A stretch of DNA of 64,000 nt from Octopus sinensis (GCF_006345805.1 NC_043009.1:1054001-1118000), one strand, 5' to 3'; positions 35,999-48,563 are shown, counted from the stretch's first letter. Numbers and translations are program-made. The notes: generated from the letters alone by a model not told the origin.

Positions 35999-36166
35999 GC
36001 CAGCAGGAGGAAGTTGATAGTGATGATGAGGATGGACCATTGTCAGCTTCTAATTACTCTGAAAACTCACAAATACATAAACATCACGATCCTAAAAATT
36101 TAAGACAAACCAAACTCACTGAGGCTTTTGCTTTACCAAAAGAATTTCTTGAAGGAAGTTATTCAC
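35999..36166 (+). CDS. TTF2: TTF2 coding exon 9 (QQEEVDSDDEDGPLS...EFLEGSYS)
   Basis: TCTCCAG acceptor, GTAAGT donor, phase 1-1, open frame. Confidence 0.85.
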
Positions 36167-36273
36167 GTAAGTTTATCATTTGTTTCTACATCTTTCTTGA
36201 ATTCTTTTAGTCCTTTGTTTCATCATCATCATCATCATCATCCAGTTCTATATTTAAGAGATGAGGAATTATG

Positions 36274-36657
36274 TACATTATTTACATTTGATGGATATTT
36301 GTCCTCATCTTGTTTGTTGTTAACACAATGTTTCAGCTGATATACCCTCCAGCCTTCATCAGGTGTCTTGGGGAAATTTCGAACCTGGGTTCTCATGCCT
36401 AAGGAATTTTTCGATATTGTTGTTGTCGTCATTGCCACCGCTGCCATTACTACTACCGCCGCTGCCGCCATTATTATTATTATTCCGGTCACAACTTGGA
36501 ATTGAACTCGGAATATTGGGGTTAGTAGCCTGTGCACCAGGTTCAAAATTTCTCCAAGACACCTGATGAAGGCTGGAGGGTATAATAACCGGAACGTGTT
36601 AACAACAAACAAGATGAGGACAAATATCTGTTAAATGTTAATTATGTAAATAATGTA
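36274..36657. mobile_element. Inverted-repeat element (Penelope-like terminal repeats) with a hammerhead motif in each arm
   Basis: ~115-bp arms (36274-36388 and 36537-36657) around a microsatellite-rich spacer. Confidence 0.75.
36322..36367 (-). ncRNA. Minimal type-I hammerhead-like motif
   Basis: Minus strand: GACAC CTGATGA AGGCTG GAGGGTATAT CAGCT GAAAC ATT GTGTT. The + strand copy at 36558-36600 has GGAAC and a deletion. Confidence 0.6.
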
Positions 36658-38650
36658 TCATCATCATCGTTTAACATCTGCCTTCCATGCTGGCATGCGT
36701 GGGACGGTTTGACAGGAACCTGCTAGGTAGAAACCTGCACCAGACTTCTGTGTCTGTTTTGGCAGGATTTTTACAGCTGGATGCCCTTCTTAACACCTCC
36801 CACTCAGCAGAATGGACTTAGTGCTTTTTATGTGACACAAGCACAGGCAAGGTCAGTTTTGGCAAGGTTTTTACAGCTGGATGCCCTCCCAAACACCAAC
36901 CACTTTACAGTGTGGACTGGGTGCATTTTAAGTGGCACCAGCACTGACAGGGTCACCAAGTACTTGCAAAACATAAAAGAAAAAAAACCCTTTTAAGAGG
37001 GGAAGAGGCATTGTTTCTTTTTGTTCTGTTCTGTTGTATGGTTTTGGAGCAGCAGCTCAGACTGTTTGGCCATGGTGGATGATTTTCCAAGTTAGGCTCT
37101 GCTAACCTGAGGATCTGGCTGGGTCGACTGCTCGTGTTGGTTGACCACACGGTCATGGCAGATGAGGATGTATCTTGCGGATATGGGGACTGACTTGGAC
37201 TGCAGTAAAGAGGGAGGTGGCTTTATGGTATGGGATGAAGGATTAAAGTGTGAGAGAAGGGTCCAGAACAGAACAGGGGCTACATGGTGTGGCAGTAGTT
37301 GAGGTGGGGAGCTGGAAAGAGAGAAAAATGGAAAATAGTGATGATGAGGTGTTTTGTGGGAACCCTCAAGATATGAGGTGAGTGGAAGCAAGGGGGGGGG
37401 GATATGAGAATGGAAAGTGTGGGCTGGCAGAGGTTTCAAGAGTATGTGAAAGTGTGAGGGATGGTTAGAGATAGGAAATGGGTGAAAGGGTAAATATAGG
37501 TGCAAGCATAGCTGTGTGGTAAGAAGCTTACTTCCCAACCACATAGTTCCAGGTTCAGCATCTTGTACTATAGCCTCAGGTTGACTAAAGCCTTGTGAGT
37601 GAATTTGGTAGATGGAAACTGAAAGAAGCCTGTTGTATGTATGTATATATATGTTTGTGTGTCTCTGTTTGTCTCCTCCACCACCACTTGGCAACTGATG
37701 TTGGTGTGTTTATATTCCTGTAACTTAGCAGTTCCGCAAAAGAGACCGATAGAATAAGTGCTAGGCTTCCAAAGAATAAGTCCTGGGGTTGATTTGTTTG
37801 ACTAAAGGTGGTGCTCCAGCATGGCTGCAGTCAAATCACTGAAACCAATAAAAGAATAATGAACAAGCCTTCAGGAACGATAAGTTTCTTATTTCTTTAT
37901 TGCCCACAAGGGGCTAAACATAGAGGGGACAAAGAAGAACAGACAAAGGGATTAAGTTGATTACATCGACCCCACTGCATAACTGGTACTGAATTTATCA
38001 ACCCCGAAAGTATGAACGGCAAAGTCGACTTCGGCGGAATTTGAACTCAGAACGTACCGGCAGACGAAGTACCGCTAAGCATTTCGCCCGGCGTTCTAAC
38101 GTTTCTGCCAGCTCACCACCTTCAGGAATGATAAGTTTCTGATTACCAGACCCACATAGAAGGCTTTGGTCAGCCCAGAGCTACATAGCCGAAGATGTTT
38201 GCCCTGTTTGCTGTACTGTGGCACTGAACCCAAACCATCATGGTTGAGAAGCAAAGTTTTATAACTACACAGCCATCACCAGGGCCTAAATACCATCATC
38301 ATCATCATACTTGCAAGTGCTTGTGTATAGACGTGCAAACTTGCTTTGTTATGGGTATGTACTAATACTTATTTGTATATTTTTACATGTATTGCACTGA
38401 TGATGAGGAAAAAAATCTGTCTAAGATTTTAATCTTTGAAATTAGCTAATTTGCAATTAATGTGGAGTCTTTTTTAAGTATCTTTTCACTTGCCTGCTTT
38501 CAATTGCATGTATTTCTGGAGTTTTTCTTGGTAGCTTCGTAATGTTTAGACATTCATTCAGCATGGAGGAGAAAAGTCATGTTTCAACTTTCTCCTTTAA
38601 TATAATTATATATACATAATCAAAAGTAAGCAACAGGATATCCAGAAGTG

Positions 38651-38738
38651 ATGCAGTACAACCGTTTCAAGCGGCTCCATTTAATTGAACAATGCAATCG
38701 TTACATCAATTTAAATGCAGGGCTATCCTCAGCTACAT
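38651..38738 (-). ncRNA. Type-I hammerhead ribozyme motif with intact core (GUA cleavage triplet)
   Basis: Minus strand: ATGTAG CTGAGGA TAGC..CATTTAAATTGA/TCAATTAAATG..GCTT GAAAC GGTT GTA CTGCAT. Confidence 0.7.
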
Positions 38739-39100
38739 AAATAAATAGAATTTTTTAATCAGTTGGACATATTAATACAATTTTACTTAAATACTCAAAT
38801 AGAGTAAGACGAGAAAGTCCATGCTGTCACCATCAGCTTAGAATTTACTAGACATCAGGAAAAAGTTTGTTGGGGTCATAGCTTGTAACAGATTTTGGTT
38901 CAGTTTTAATTTATTAGTCTTGTTTAAAACTGAACCAAAATCTGTTACAAGCTATGATCCCAACAAACTTTTTCCTGGTGTCTAGTAAATTCTAAGATGA
39001 AGTGGTGACAGCATAGACTTTGTCTGTCTTCTTACTCTATTAGAGTATTTAAGTAAAATTGTATTAATATGTCCAACTGATTAAAAAATTCTATTTATTT

Positions 39101-39188
39101 ATGTAGCTGAGGATAGCCCTGCATTTAAATTGATGTAACGATTGCATTGTTCAATTAAATGGAGCCGCTTGAAACGGTCATACTGCAT
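39101..39188 (+). ncRNA. Mirror hammerhead copy with stem III mismatch (GT->AT)
   Basis: ATGTAG CTGAGGA ... GAAAC GGTC ATA CTGCAT. Confidence 0.6.
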
Positions 39189-39630
39189 TACCTGGATATC
39201 CTGTTGCTTACTTTTGATTTTATTCACCTTATTTTGAAGTTGTACGGATAATACCGCACTAATTTTTGGTGCTTCAACTTAAGTACCTAATTGAACTGAA
39301 TCTCAATTATTTTATATATATATATATATATGTATATAATTATTAATTTAATATGTATATATTTGTGTGTGTGTCCCTCACCACCACTTGACAACTGGTG
39401 TTTGTTTATGTTCCTCGTTTAATGGATTTGGTAAAAGAGACTGATGAAATATGTACAGGGGTCGATTCGTTTGGCTAAAAGCTCTTCAGGGTAGTGCTGC
39501 AGCATGGCCACAATCCAGTGGCAGAAACAAATGAAAAATAAAATAAAAAATAAAGCTTTTCTTTTATTTGAATGCACTTTCTTTTGGAATCATTAACCAA
39601 ATAAAGGTTATCAAATTCTTGTCTTTTCAG

Positions 39631-39733
39631 AAGCCAGTTGGCAGCCTGTGGCGCTGTATGGAGGTCGAATGACTGTAAAGCGTCTGGAAGAAGTGAGGAA
39701 TGCAATGGATAAAATTACAAACTCTTTGCACGA
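39631..39733 (+). CDS. TTF2: TTF2 coding exon 10 (ASWQPVALYGGRMTVKRLEEVRNAMDKITNSLH)
   Basis: TTTTCAG acceptor, GTAAGC donor, LYGGRMT motif, phase 1-2. Confidence 0.93.
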
Positions 39734-40336
39734 GTAAGCTCTTATTCTTGGAACTGAATTTCTTAAGATCTCAATCAAAGACAGACTTAAAAATTCCAGT
39801 TTGGTGTGGTGATTGTGTTGGTGTGGTAGTATAGTAGTTATATAGGAATTGTTTTAAACATGGCTGTTTTTGTGTGTCTCTTTGTGAAAGCACATAGTCC
39901 AGTGGTTAGGGTGTTGCACTTACAGTTGTCAGATTGTGAGTTCAATCCCCAGACAGGGTGGTGTGTTATTTTTCTTGAGTAAAACACTTCATTTCATGTT
40001 GCCTCCAGTGCAGCATGTATGTTGTAAAGAGGCAGCCTAAAAGGGGTAGAGGTAAGATTTGCACTCTGACCTTGCAAAACCCTCATCAGCAATGACTATC
40101 CATGCAGACCCATGGGTTGGAAGGCTGTCGCCTGAATGGTCCAGGTGTCATCCGCCAAGGAGTGGGGAATGACCAACAAATGGTGGATGCAGCGATGTAG
40201 TGTTGCATCACATGCCCCCTTACTACTACTGCTGTAATGTCTCAGACCTAATAGATGGACTTAAATTCAACACTGCAAATTCACAAAACACTTGTTATTT
40301 GTACAGTGTTCCTGCTATTAATGTGTTTAATATGTA

Positions 40337-40902
40337 TTGGGTTGTCTGGAAAGTTCATGTCGATTTTTAAAGGAAAGAAAAAGGTCAATAAATACTTGCC
40401 ATTACATTTTTAATCAACCAAATATGAACCATTTTGTTGCACAATGCATCTCCATCTTTCCTTTAACTTGAAATTAACCTCTTCCCAGAATTGAGGGGGT
40501 TTCATGGCAAAGAATTCATCAAGGTATCTTTTTACATCATTCAAAGAATTGAAACTTTTACCATTAAGACTATTCTGCAGAGACCTGAATAAGTGGAAAT
40601 CCGAAGGAGCAATATCTGGTGAATATGGAGGGTGGGGTAACACATCCCAGCCGAGCTGCAGCAATTTTTGTCTGGTTCCCAAAGCATCAAGTGCCGAAAA
40701 TGAACTTTCTTATCTTCCATTTTAAAGGGTTACAGAATTAACACAGGTTATAGGAACATAAACCTTCTTCCACAAAAAGATAGCTTAAGCTGTGCTCTAA
40801 ATGGAGGTGTAGTCAAATCCTATTTTATGGACTCAACAATGTTCTAAAATAAGTCGAAAGATAAGCTACTATAAATCGGCACGAACTTTCTGGACAACCC
40901 AA
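40337..40902 (-). mobile_element. Internally deleted mariner element (566 bp)
   Basis: 30-bp TIRs TTGGGTTGTC..GAAAGTTC.TG.CGATTT and TA TSD; C-terminal transposase HPPYSPDIAPSDFHLF (ORF 40410..40682). Confidence 0.92.
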
Positions 40903-41519
40903 TATAATTGTTATATCATCATCACCACCATGATCATTGTCATCATCATCATCATTGTGGGTTTTATAGCCATTCATTTTGCATAAATGTTTTTTTCCCC
41001 CCCATCCTTGCTTAGGTTGATTGGTTATGGAGAAAGTTGACCTCTGAAAGACTGACTTCTTACCCATATATGCTGGAGATGCCTACCATCCTTTTGAACT
41101 ATCATTAAATGGTGACAATACATGCAAATGAAACGCATGCTCAGACACACACACACACGCATTCAATGGTTTCATAGTTTGGTACAAGGCCAGCAATTTC
41201 GGGGGAGTTGGGTAAGCCAATTACATTGCCTCCCCAATGTCCAACTGGTACTTCTTTTATCAACCCTGAAAGGACAGAGAGCGAAGTCGATCTTGGTGAA
41301 ATTTGAACCCATAAATTAAAGGCAGATGAAGTGCTGCTAAGCATTTTGCCTGGCAGGCTAACGAGTCTAGCAGCTCACCACCTTATATACTAAACGATAC
41401 AAATACATAATCTCTCTCTCTGTCTGTCTCTCTCTCTCTCTCTGATATAAATATTGGTATTTTACAGTCAGAGGGGAATCTCAGATTAATATTGATTCTT
41501 GTCTATCTTTGATCATCAG

Positions 41520-41659
41520 GCAACTCAAAACTTGTCCAAAGGAAGATGAAGAAGAAGAAGATCCTCGAGGGTTGAGGGTCTCTTTGATGCCTCATCAGAA
41601 ACATGCTTTAGCCTGGTTACTCTGGAGGCAGAAACAAAACCCTTCAGGTGGTATTTTAG
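41520..41659 (+). CDS. TTF2: TTF2 coding exon 11 (QLKTCP...[25 protein letters not shown])
   Basis: SNF2 Q-motif region; CATCAG acceptor, GTAAGG donor, phase 2-1. Confidence 0.95.
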
Positions 41660-42260
41660 GTAAGGAAATCATGATTATTTTTGTTTTTTTGTTTTTGCTT
41701 GTGTGTCCAGTTGGGGTGCTGGTATGCCTAAATGGTTAAGCAGTTTGCTTTGCAATCATGGGGTTTGTGGTTTCATTCTTCTTCACAGAAGATGAAAATT
41801 TTCATGAAGCTGCTTTTGTAACCGTGTGGTTTTATCACAGTCCTACTGCGCAGTAATACCTTGGGCAAGTTCCATTGTAACCTCGGGTTGACCAATGCCT
41901 TGTGAGTGAAATTGGTAAAAGAAATTGTGTTGACTGCAGCCATGCTGGAGCACCGCTTTTAGTCGATCAAATTGACCCCAGGACTTATTTTTTGTAAGCC
42001 TAGTACTTATTCTGTCGATCTCTTATGCTGAACCACTAAGTTATGGGGTACATAAGCACACCAGTATCAGTTGTCAAGTGATGGTGGGGGACAAACATAG
42101 ACACACAAGCATATATGTAGATATACGTTGGTTTTCTTTCAGCTTCCGTCTACCAAATCCACTCACAAAGCTTTGGTTGGCCTGAGGCTATAGCAGAAGA
42201 CACAAGGTGCGTTGCAGTGGGACTGAACCTGGAACCATGTGGTTGGGAAGCAAACTTCTT

Positions 42261-44286
42261 TATTTCATTAAATTTGCCACAAGGGCAGCACACAGAGAGA
42301 GGCTTGAGGGCTAGACAAAGACATTAATGGGTTGAATGATGATGATATATGGATGATAAGGTTGGGAGAAGACGAAAAGCGCCCACCAACTTTCGCTTCT
42401 CTAAAACATTGTTCTTTTTTGCTTTTTTTTTTAAAAAAACACAATGAGGCAATAAACCTCTTACACAGTTCAAAATTAAAAATAAAACACAAACACGAGG
42501 CAATAATCCTCTCACTTTTTACATTTTTACTCTCTTTTTGAGGTAATACACCTCTTCAATTTTTCCGCCCGGCCAGGCTCCTTGCTTCATCGAAGCACCT
42601 GGTCCGTTTTGAACTTAAAGGTTTCAACATAAATCTGAAGGAGTCCTTCGGGAAGGAGTTCGTTATCTTCCCTAGATCGTTCTCCCATAAGACCTCCGCA
42701 GCCACCTGCGAAGGCCACTCAGGGTCCTCCGTATAGGACAGAAGCCCTTCCCACCGGCACTTCCTTTCGATTTTTTTATTTCATTTTGCAAGGTTCCTCC
42801 CTTGTGGAAGAGGACCAAAAATTCCTCCTCCAGCAGCACACCCGCCAAAGGAGAATCGAGACACGCCGGCAGCGTGTCACAACCTGCCGGCGATGTCCCG
42901 TTTTTCTTTTTTCTTTTCTTTTTCCCTTGGGCTGCGGGAGGATGGTGTTCCCTTGCTGTGTCCAGCAGGTCCTCCTTTTCTCCCGCAGCTCTCGGGTTCT
43001 TCGGTGGGCAACCATTGTTGCCCACCATTCGCTTTCGTTTTTTCAAGGAGGTGGAATCCTCCTTGACATCTTCCTCCTTCTCTCCCGCCACTGAGGGAGC
43101 AGGGAGTGGTTCCTCTGTTAACTTCTCCAGGATCCTATTTTGGTCCTTGGGGCAGTTTTTCTTGATGTGGCCGGTCTCCAGGCACAGGTGACACTTGGGG
43201 GGGGGTGTCCCTCGAGCATCACCAGATACCTAGATCCGGCCATCCTCAAAAAATCTGGGAAAACCAGACTTTTGGCTGATTGGGTCCATAGGGTCAACAC
43301 AGCTTTTGACCCCTCCCAATCAGCCGCAGGCAAAATTTTTACGTTGAGCAGCTTGATACTGCTACCACCCAGACCCCGGCGGATAGAGTCCTCTATCCAC
43401 TCGGGCTCAATTCCGGGTGGCAAACCGCAGATCCAAGCTTTCAATAATTTCTTTCCACAGTAGCTTGGAAGAAACATTATTTCCTTCTCCTTGAGGGGCT
43501 GGCTTGCAAAATCGCAAGCTTCTTTGGGGGAGTCAAATAGCAACCAGACCGTTGCAAATTTGACTCCCCGTGAAATAAATTTAATAGCTGGCATGTATTC
43601 TGCCAGCTCTTTCAAAATTGTGGCTTTCGGGAAGACGGTTATGGTATTGAGTGACTTTGAATAAGTCCTCAACACCACCGTCTTCCTTTCGAGCTCTTTT
43701 AGCCATGATTTGGGAGGTGTTAATTCCCCCACTAATATTTCCTTTGCCATTTTTTTTTTAAAATAAAAAGTTCAAATACAGTTCGTCAATACGTTTTCAA
43801 ATAAAGAAAGATACACAAAAAAAGAAAGAAGACACAACAGAAGGGAAGAAAAAATAAAAATAACAGTTCAAATAAAGTTCTTTTTTTTTTAAATAAATGA
43901 TAGCTGTGAAAAGAGAGTTCAAATCCAGGCAAAGAAATAAATTTCCGGCCAAAAGGTGCTCCTGGCCAATCCTTTAAATCCACGTGGGCACAAAAATTTT
44001 CAAATACAATTTCTCACAATTATCTGAGACAACACACACGTCTCCACAGCAAGGCAGACAAAAAGCCCCGAATCCAGTAAGGACTCCCTGCCTGTTCAAA
44101 AAAATAAAACCAACAGGCAACAAATCCTACCGGACTCAAAAAGCAAAAAGTCTTACTTTACAGCGTCTTTCAGTTCAACTTTCGCCAGCTGCATACCAGC
44201 GTGACGACTTCAACAGGTGCGTGAAGAACACTGTTTTTGTTCTTTTTAGGACGGAGCTCAGACCGAGGCGACCTCTCAGTTCAACC
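42261..44286 (-). mobile_element. Full-length ORF1-only (HAL1-like) Tx1/L1-type retroelement, 2026 bp, inserted in a SINE
   Basis: 15-bp TSD GGAAGCAA(A/G)CTTCTT at 42246-42260 and 44287-44301. Contains a 5' UTR, ORF1 and a 3' tail, and no EN or RT. Confidence 0.82.
42672..43750 (-). pseudogene. gag-like ORF1 with CCHC zinc knuckle, one frameshift in a G9 run at 43197-43205
   Basis: ORF 43118..43750 continues in a shifted frame through KCHLCLETGHIKKNCPK into ORF 42672..43091. Confidence 0.8.
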
Positions 44287-46989
44287 GGAAGCAAGCTTCT
44301 TACCACACAGCCACGCTTGCACCTATATCTACACAACCATGCCTGCACCTCTATATGTATATATCTGTGTGTGTCTTTGTGTCATGTTTCTTCATAACTT
44401 GACAACCGGTGTTGGTTTGTTTATGTCCCTGTAATTTAGCAATTCAGCAAAACAAGTCAATTGAATGAGTACCAAACTTAAAGAGAAAGTAAAGAACATA
44501 AGTACTGGGGCTGATCTACTCAGTGAAACCCTTCAAGGTGGTGCTGTAGCATGGTTGCAGTCTAGTGAGTGAAACAAACAAGAGAGATAAGTTTTTTTTT
44601 TATCATACCTTTCATCATCATCTGGCTGAGCTTGCTTGGACATTCTTGACCTACACATGCCATCCATCTCAGTCCTGCTTTAGTTGAGGGGGAGGTCTTC
44701 AGGGAGGCATCCATTGTCTCTATTGAGTTGATCTACATACGTTGTGTTTGGATGACCTGTTTAAGGACGACTATGCTTTGGCGTCCGTAGTAGTAGTTCT
44801 CTTGCCAGGCTCTTGTTTAGCTCACTAACAATGTCCTGCGAGGCGCAAGTTCTTTTCCCTTACAATGGAGGAAACAGACAGGAGATCTCTGTACAGCTGT
44901 TTCTTGGCAGGATGAATTCTCCAAGATATGTTTAAGACTTCTCTTAACATTTGGGTGTAAGTTCCATCCAGCTTGGATTCCAGTTTGTCGGTAAGTGTCC
45001 AGGTTGTTCCACAAGAGAACCGACTCTACTGTTGCTCGGAAAAAATTTCTTTGAGGTTGTCAGACAGGGTTGATTTCCAGGCAGCATCCATAGCTTAGGG
45101 CTGATCCAAATTTTGTGAAATAGATGGAAACTATGTGGAAACTTCCTTTTAGTTAGACTACTTCTAATTGAAAGAACCTTGTCCTAATTCTGTCTGAGTA
45201 TTAAAAGTGCATATATCATCATCATTTTAACGTCTGTTTCTTCATGCTGGCATGGGTTGGACGGTTTGATAGGAGCTGGCCAACTGAAGAACTGCCTGGG
45301 CTTCCATGTCTGTTTTGGTGTGGTTTCTACAGCTGGATGCCCTTCCTAATAGCAACCACTTTACAGAGTCTGCTGGATGTTTCTATGCAGCACCAGCATG
45401 GGCGGTTTCACATGGCACAGGCATGGGTGCTTTTATACATGACACCAGCCCATAAGATAACAATCATTCAGCTAAAGCGGGATGCAGGGGGCATGTCTGT
45501 ACGCAAGGATAACAACAATTTTACTTAGCTTGATGTGTCTTCACAAGGACAGCAAAGCACCAGAAATCTCAGTCCCCTGTCATCCCCTCTGTGAGACCCA
45601 TCTGAAGATCCTTTCTCACCACTTCATCCCATGTCTTCTTGGGTCTATCCCTTCCACAATTAGAGATTGACACTTCTTGACAGTTCCCTCCACAATTAGA
45701 GATTAACACATTTTTGTAGAATGCTCAGCCACTTATAGTGAAGTGAGAATGAAGATGTATAGCCTCATGGTTAGAATGTTGGGCTTGTGACCTTAAAATC
45801 ACAGGTTCAATTCCTGAACCAGCCAGCATATTGAACTCTTAAGCAAGGCACTTCTTTTCACAATGCTCCACAATACTCAGCAGAATTGAGTGCCAGCCAA
45901 CTACTGGTATATCGTTCTCTCCCTCCAGCTGTGACATGCTAGATGTTCTGTTAGGTCCAAGAGTCGGAGAGGTGGCAGAAACGTTAGCACACCGGGCGAA
46001 ATGCTTAGCAGTATTTCGTCTGCTGTTACGCTCTGAGTTCAAATTCCACCAAGGTCGACTTTACCTTTCATCCTTTTGGGGTTGATTAAATAAGTACCAA
46101 TTATGCACTGGGGTCGATATAATCGACTTAATCTGTTTGTCTATCCTTGTTTGTCCCCTCTGTGTGTAGCCCCTTGTGGGCAGTAAAGAAATAAGAGTCG
46201 GACAGCTGACAGGATGTCTGTTTCTGACCACTTGGGTATTTAAAACAATTAGCAAAAGCATGATATGGGTGCAGGCATGGTTATGGTCTTGGGTTCAGTC
46301 CTGCTGCATGGCACCTTAACCCTTTAACAGTCATATTAATCTGTTAAACGTATATTTATTAAATGTTTATTCATTCACATTGTTCTGAATTAATCCAGAA
46401 ACATCTCGTAGCTTTGAGATTTCAATGGTGTGATTGGTTATTTTTAGAATGACATTGTAGGATAGGTGTGAGAGGCTGGATCTGGCTGGTTTTGAACATA
46501 AAACAGAATATTTGGGCTGGATTTGACCGGTTTAAATGCTAAAAGGTCTTTTGTAACCTTGGGCCTAATAAAACATTGTGAGTGGGATTTAGTAGATGGA
46601 AACTGAAAGAAGCTGTGTGTGTGTGTATACCCTTGTCTTAACATCATGTAAACTGGTTGTAAACAAGTGTCACTGTTATACAAGCAGTGCTGTTCATTTC
46701 CATTCTTCTGTGACAAACATGTCTGGTGATGGGGAAATATTACTTTGCATGGTAGCATGTGAGGGTTGGTGACAGGAAGGGTATCCAGCTGGGGAAAATC
46801 TGCCTCAACAAATTCCGTCTGACTCGTAGTAAGCTTGGAAAAGTGGACATTAAACAATGGTGGTGGTACATGTTATTAAGTCAGCCTTGATTCTGAATGT
46901 CGTCTTTAGTTTAGGTTTACCCTATAATAGAATGAATAGGTAAGCTGGTAGAAGAACCGTTAGCACACTGGACAAAATGCCTAGTGGTA

Positions 46990-47750
46990 TTTCTTTTAGC
47001 TTATATGAACTGCTCCAGTGTATCTACCACCTATGAACCCTACATTTTCGGACACTCTGCTTGTGATTCCACTACATCTCTTGTGCGTCCACAGCTTACA
47101 TTGAGTACAGCATATGGAGTTTATAGCTACTCGGTTTCTGCATATTGAGCAAGGCCATTTCCTTGAAGGTATCGGGGTTGTGTCTTCTTTCCTACTTACT
47201 AAAACCTTTGTCTTTTCTCCGTTTATCTTAAGGCCTCTAAATTCCAGGTTTAACTTCCATTCCTGGAATTCCTTCTCTAATTTCCCTATGGATTCAGCTA
47301 TGAGAACTAGGTCATCAGCATATAGGAATGTCCATGTCCAGCCAATGATGGTCTGTAGGACTATGATTGATGGGAGGGGGCTAAGAACTGAACCATGATG
47401 GGCTCCAAACCTCACACTAAATCCCTCGCAGAAGTCGTTGTTGACTCACTTTACTTACTGTGTCTTTGTACATAGCTTGCACAGCTCTTGCAAGCCATTC
47501 GTCAATGCCTAATTTCCGTAATGACCACCAGATAACTGTATATGGTACCCCGTCAAAAGCCTTCTCCAAATCAACAAAAACCAAGTATTATTTCTATTGT
47601 AGCCTCACTAGGAAGATTGCATCTGTTGTATGCCTTCCAGGTACAAAACTAAACTGCATTTTATCTAGATCTATCCTGTCACAAATCAGTTGCGCAATGA
47701 CTCTCACTGTGGCCTTCTTCACCTGATCCAGTAATTTAATGCCTTCATTA
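46990..47750 (-). mobile_element. RTE-clade LINE RT fragment
   Basis: G.HHGSVLSPL...FLYADDLVLIAES motif (ORF 46996..47415). Confidence 0.85.
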
Positions 47751-47947
47751 TCATTTTAACATCTACTTTTCCATGCTTATATGAGTCGGATGGAATTTTA
47801 GCTGAGGCAGATTTTCTACAGTTGGATGCCCTTCCTGTGACTGACCCTGCCAGATTTTGCTTGCACGATGGTGTAACTCACTTAAAACCATTAAGCAGTG
47901 TCAAGACATGAGCACAGTAACACAGACACGCAAATATATATATATAT

Positions 47948-48400
47948 ATCTATTATATAAAATCTGTTCTGTGTGTGTGTGTGTGTCTTCTAGGATCTCG
48001 GGCATCCTCCATCCGATTGCACTCAAATTTGATATGTAGATACCGATGGTATCAGGGTGTGTATAAGTCTTGAAAAAATTACAAAAATCAATTCTGGGTG
48101 AGAATGCAATCGATAAAGCCGTGGGAACGTGCATTTGTACGTGCAAGTACGTCAGCTGTTGCCATCGATATTATGCATACGCGAGAAAAATGCACGTGCA
48201 GTTTGCACAAAAAAAGCCGGCTGGCTTGAAATAATGGCACAAAATGCAGAATATTTAAGAGACCAAAAAAGTAAGATGCAAAAGAGATATTTTCTTCAAA
48301 CATGGCATGAAAGAAAGAAAGACTATTTGGTTTCTCAAGAAGTTTTTTTTTTGCCTTAACTTTCTATCTTTATTTCTTCTTTTGCTGGTGTCTCAAATTT
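47948..48400 (+). mobile_element. Possible non-autonomous Helitron-like element, 5' part
   Basis: Starts ATCTATTATATAAAA, followed by (TG)n and CCGATTGCACTCAAATTTG. No CTAG 3' end was located. Confidence 0.4.
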
Positions 48401-48523
48401 AGTTTAAATCAGTGTTTCTCAAAGGGGAGGCCTATGGGATGGTCGGACAAGTTGTTTTGAGAAAATTTGGTTTAAATGTTTGACAACTCAGCACTGCCCC
48501 TTGGACAGGGGGCGTTTTGCACG

Positions 48524-48563
<40 letters not shown>

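Larger units (their letters stand above)
38618..39219. mobile_element. ~600-bp near-perfect foldback element (~290-bp arms, 14-nt loop at 38910-38923)
   Basis: Arms read as reverse complements from AATCAAAAGTAAGCAACAGGATATCCAG to CTGGATATCCTGTTGCTTACTTTTGATT. Confidence 0.92.

Noticed and set aside
37092-37694. 200-aa minus-strand ORF
   Set aside because: It spans a SINE plus purine-biased low-complexity DNA, with no recognisable motif or splice context.
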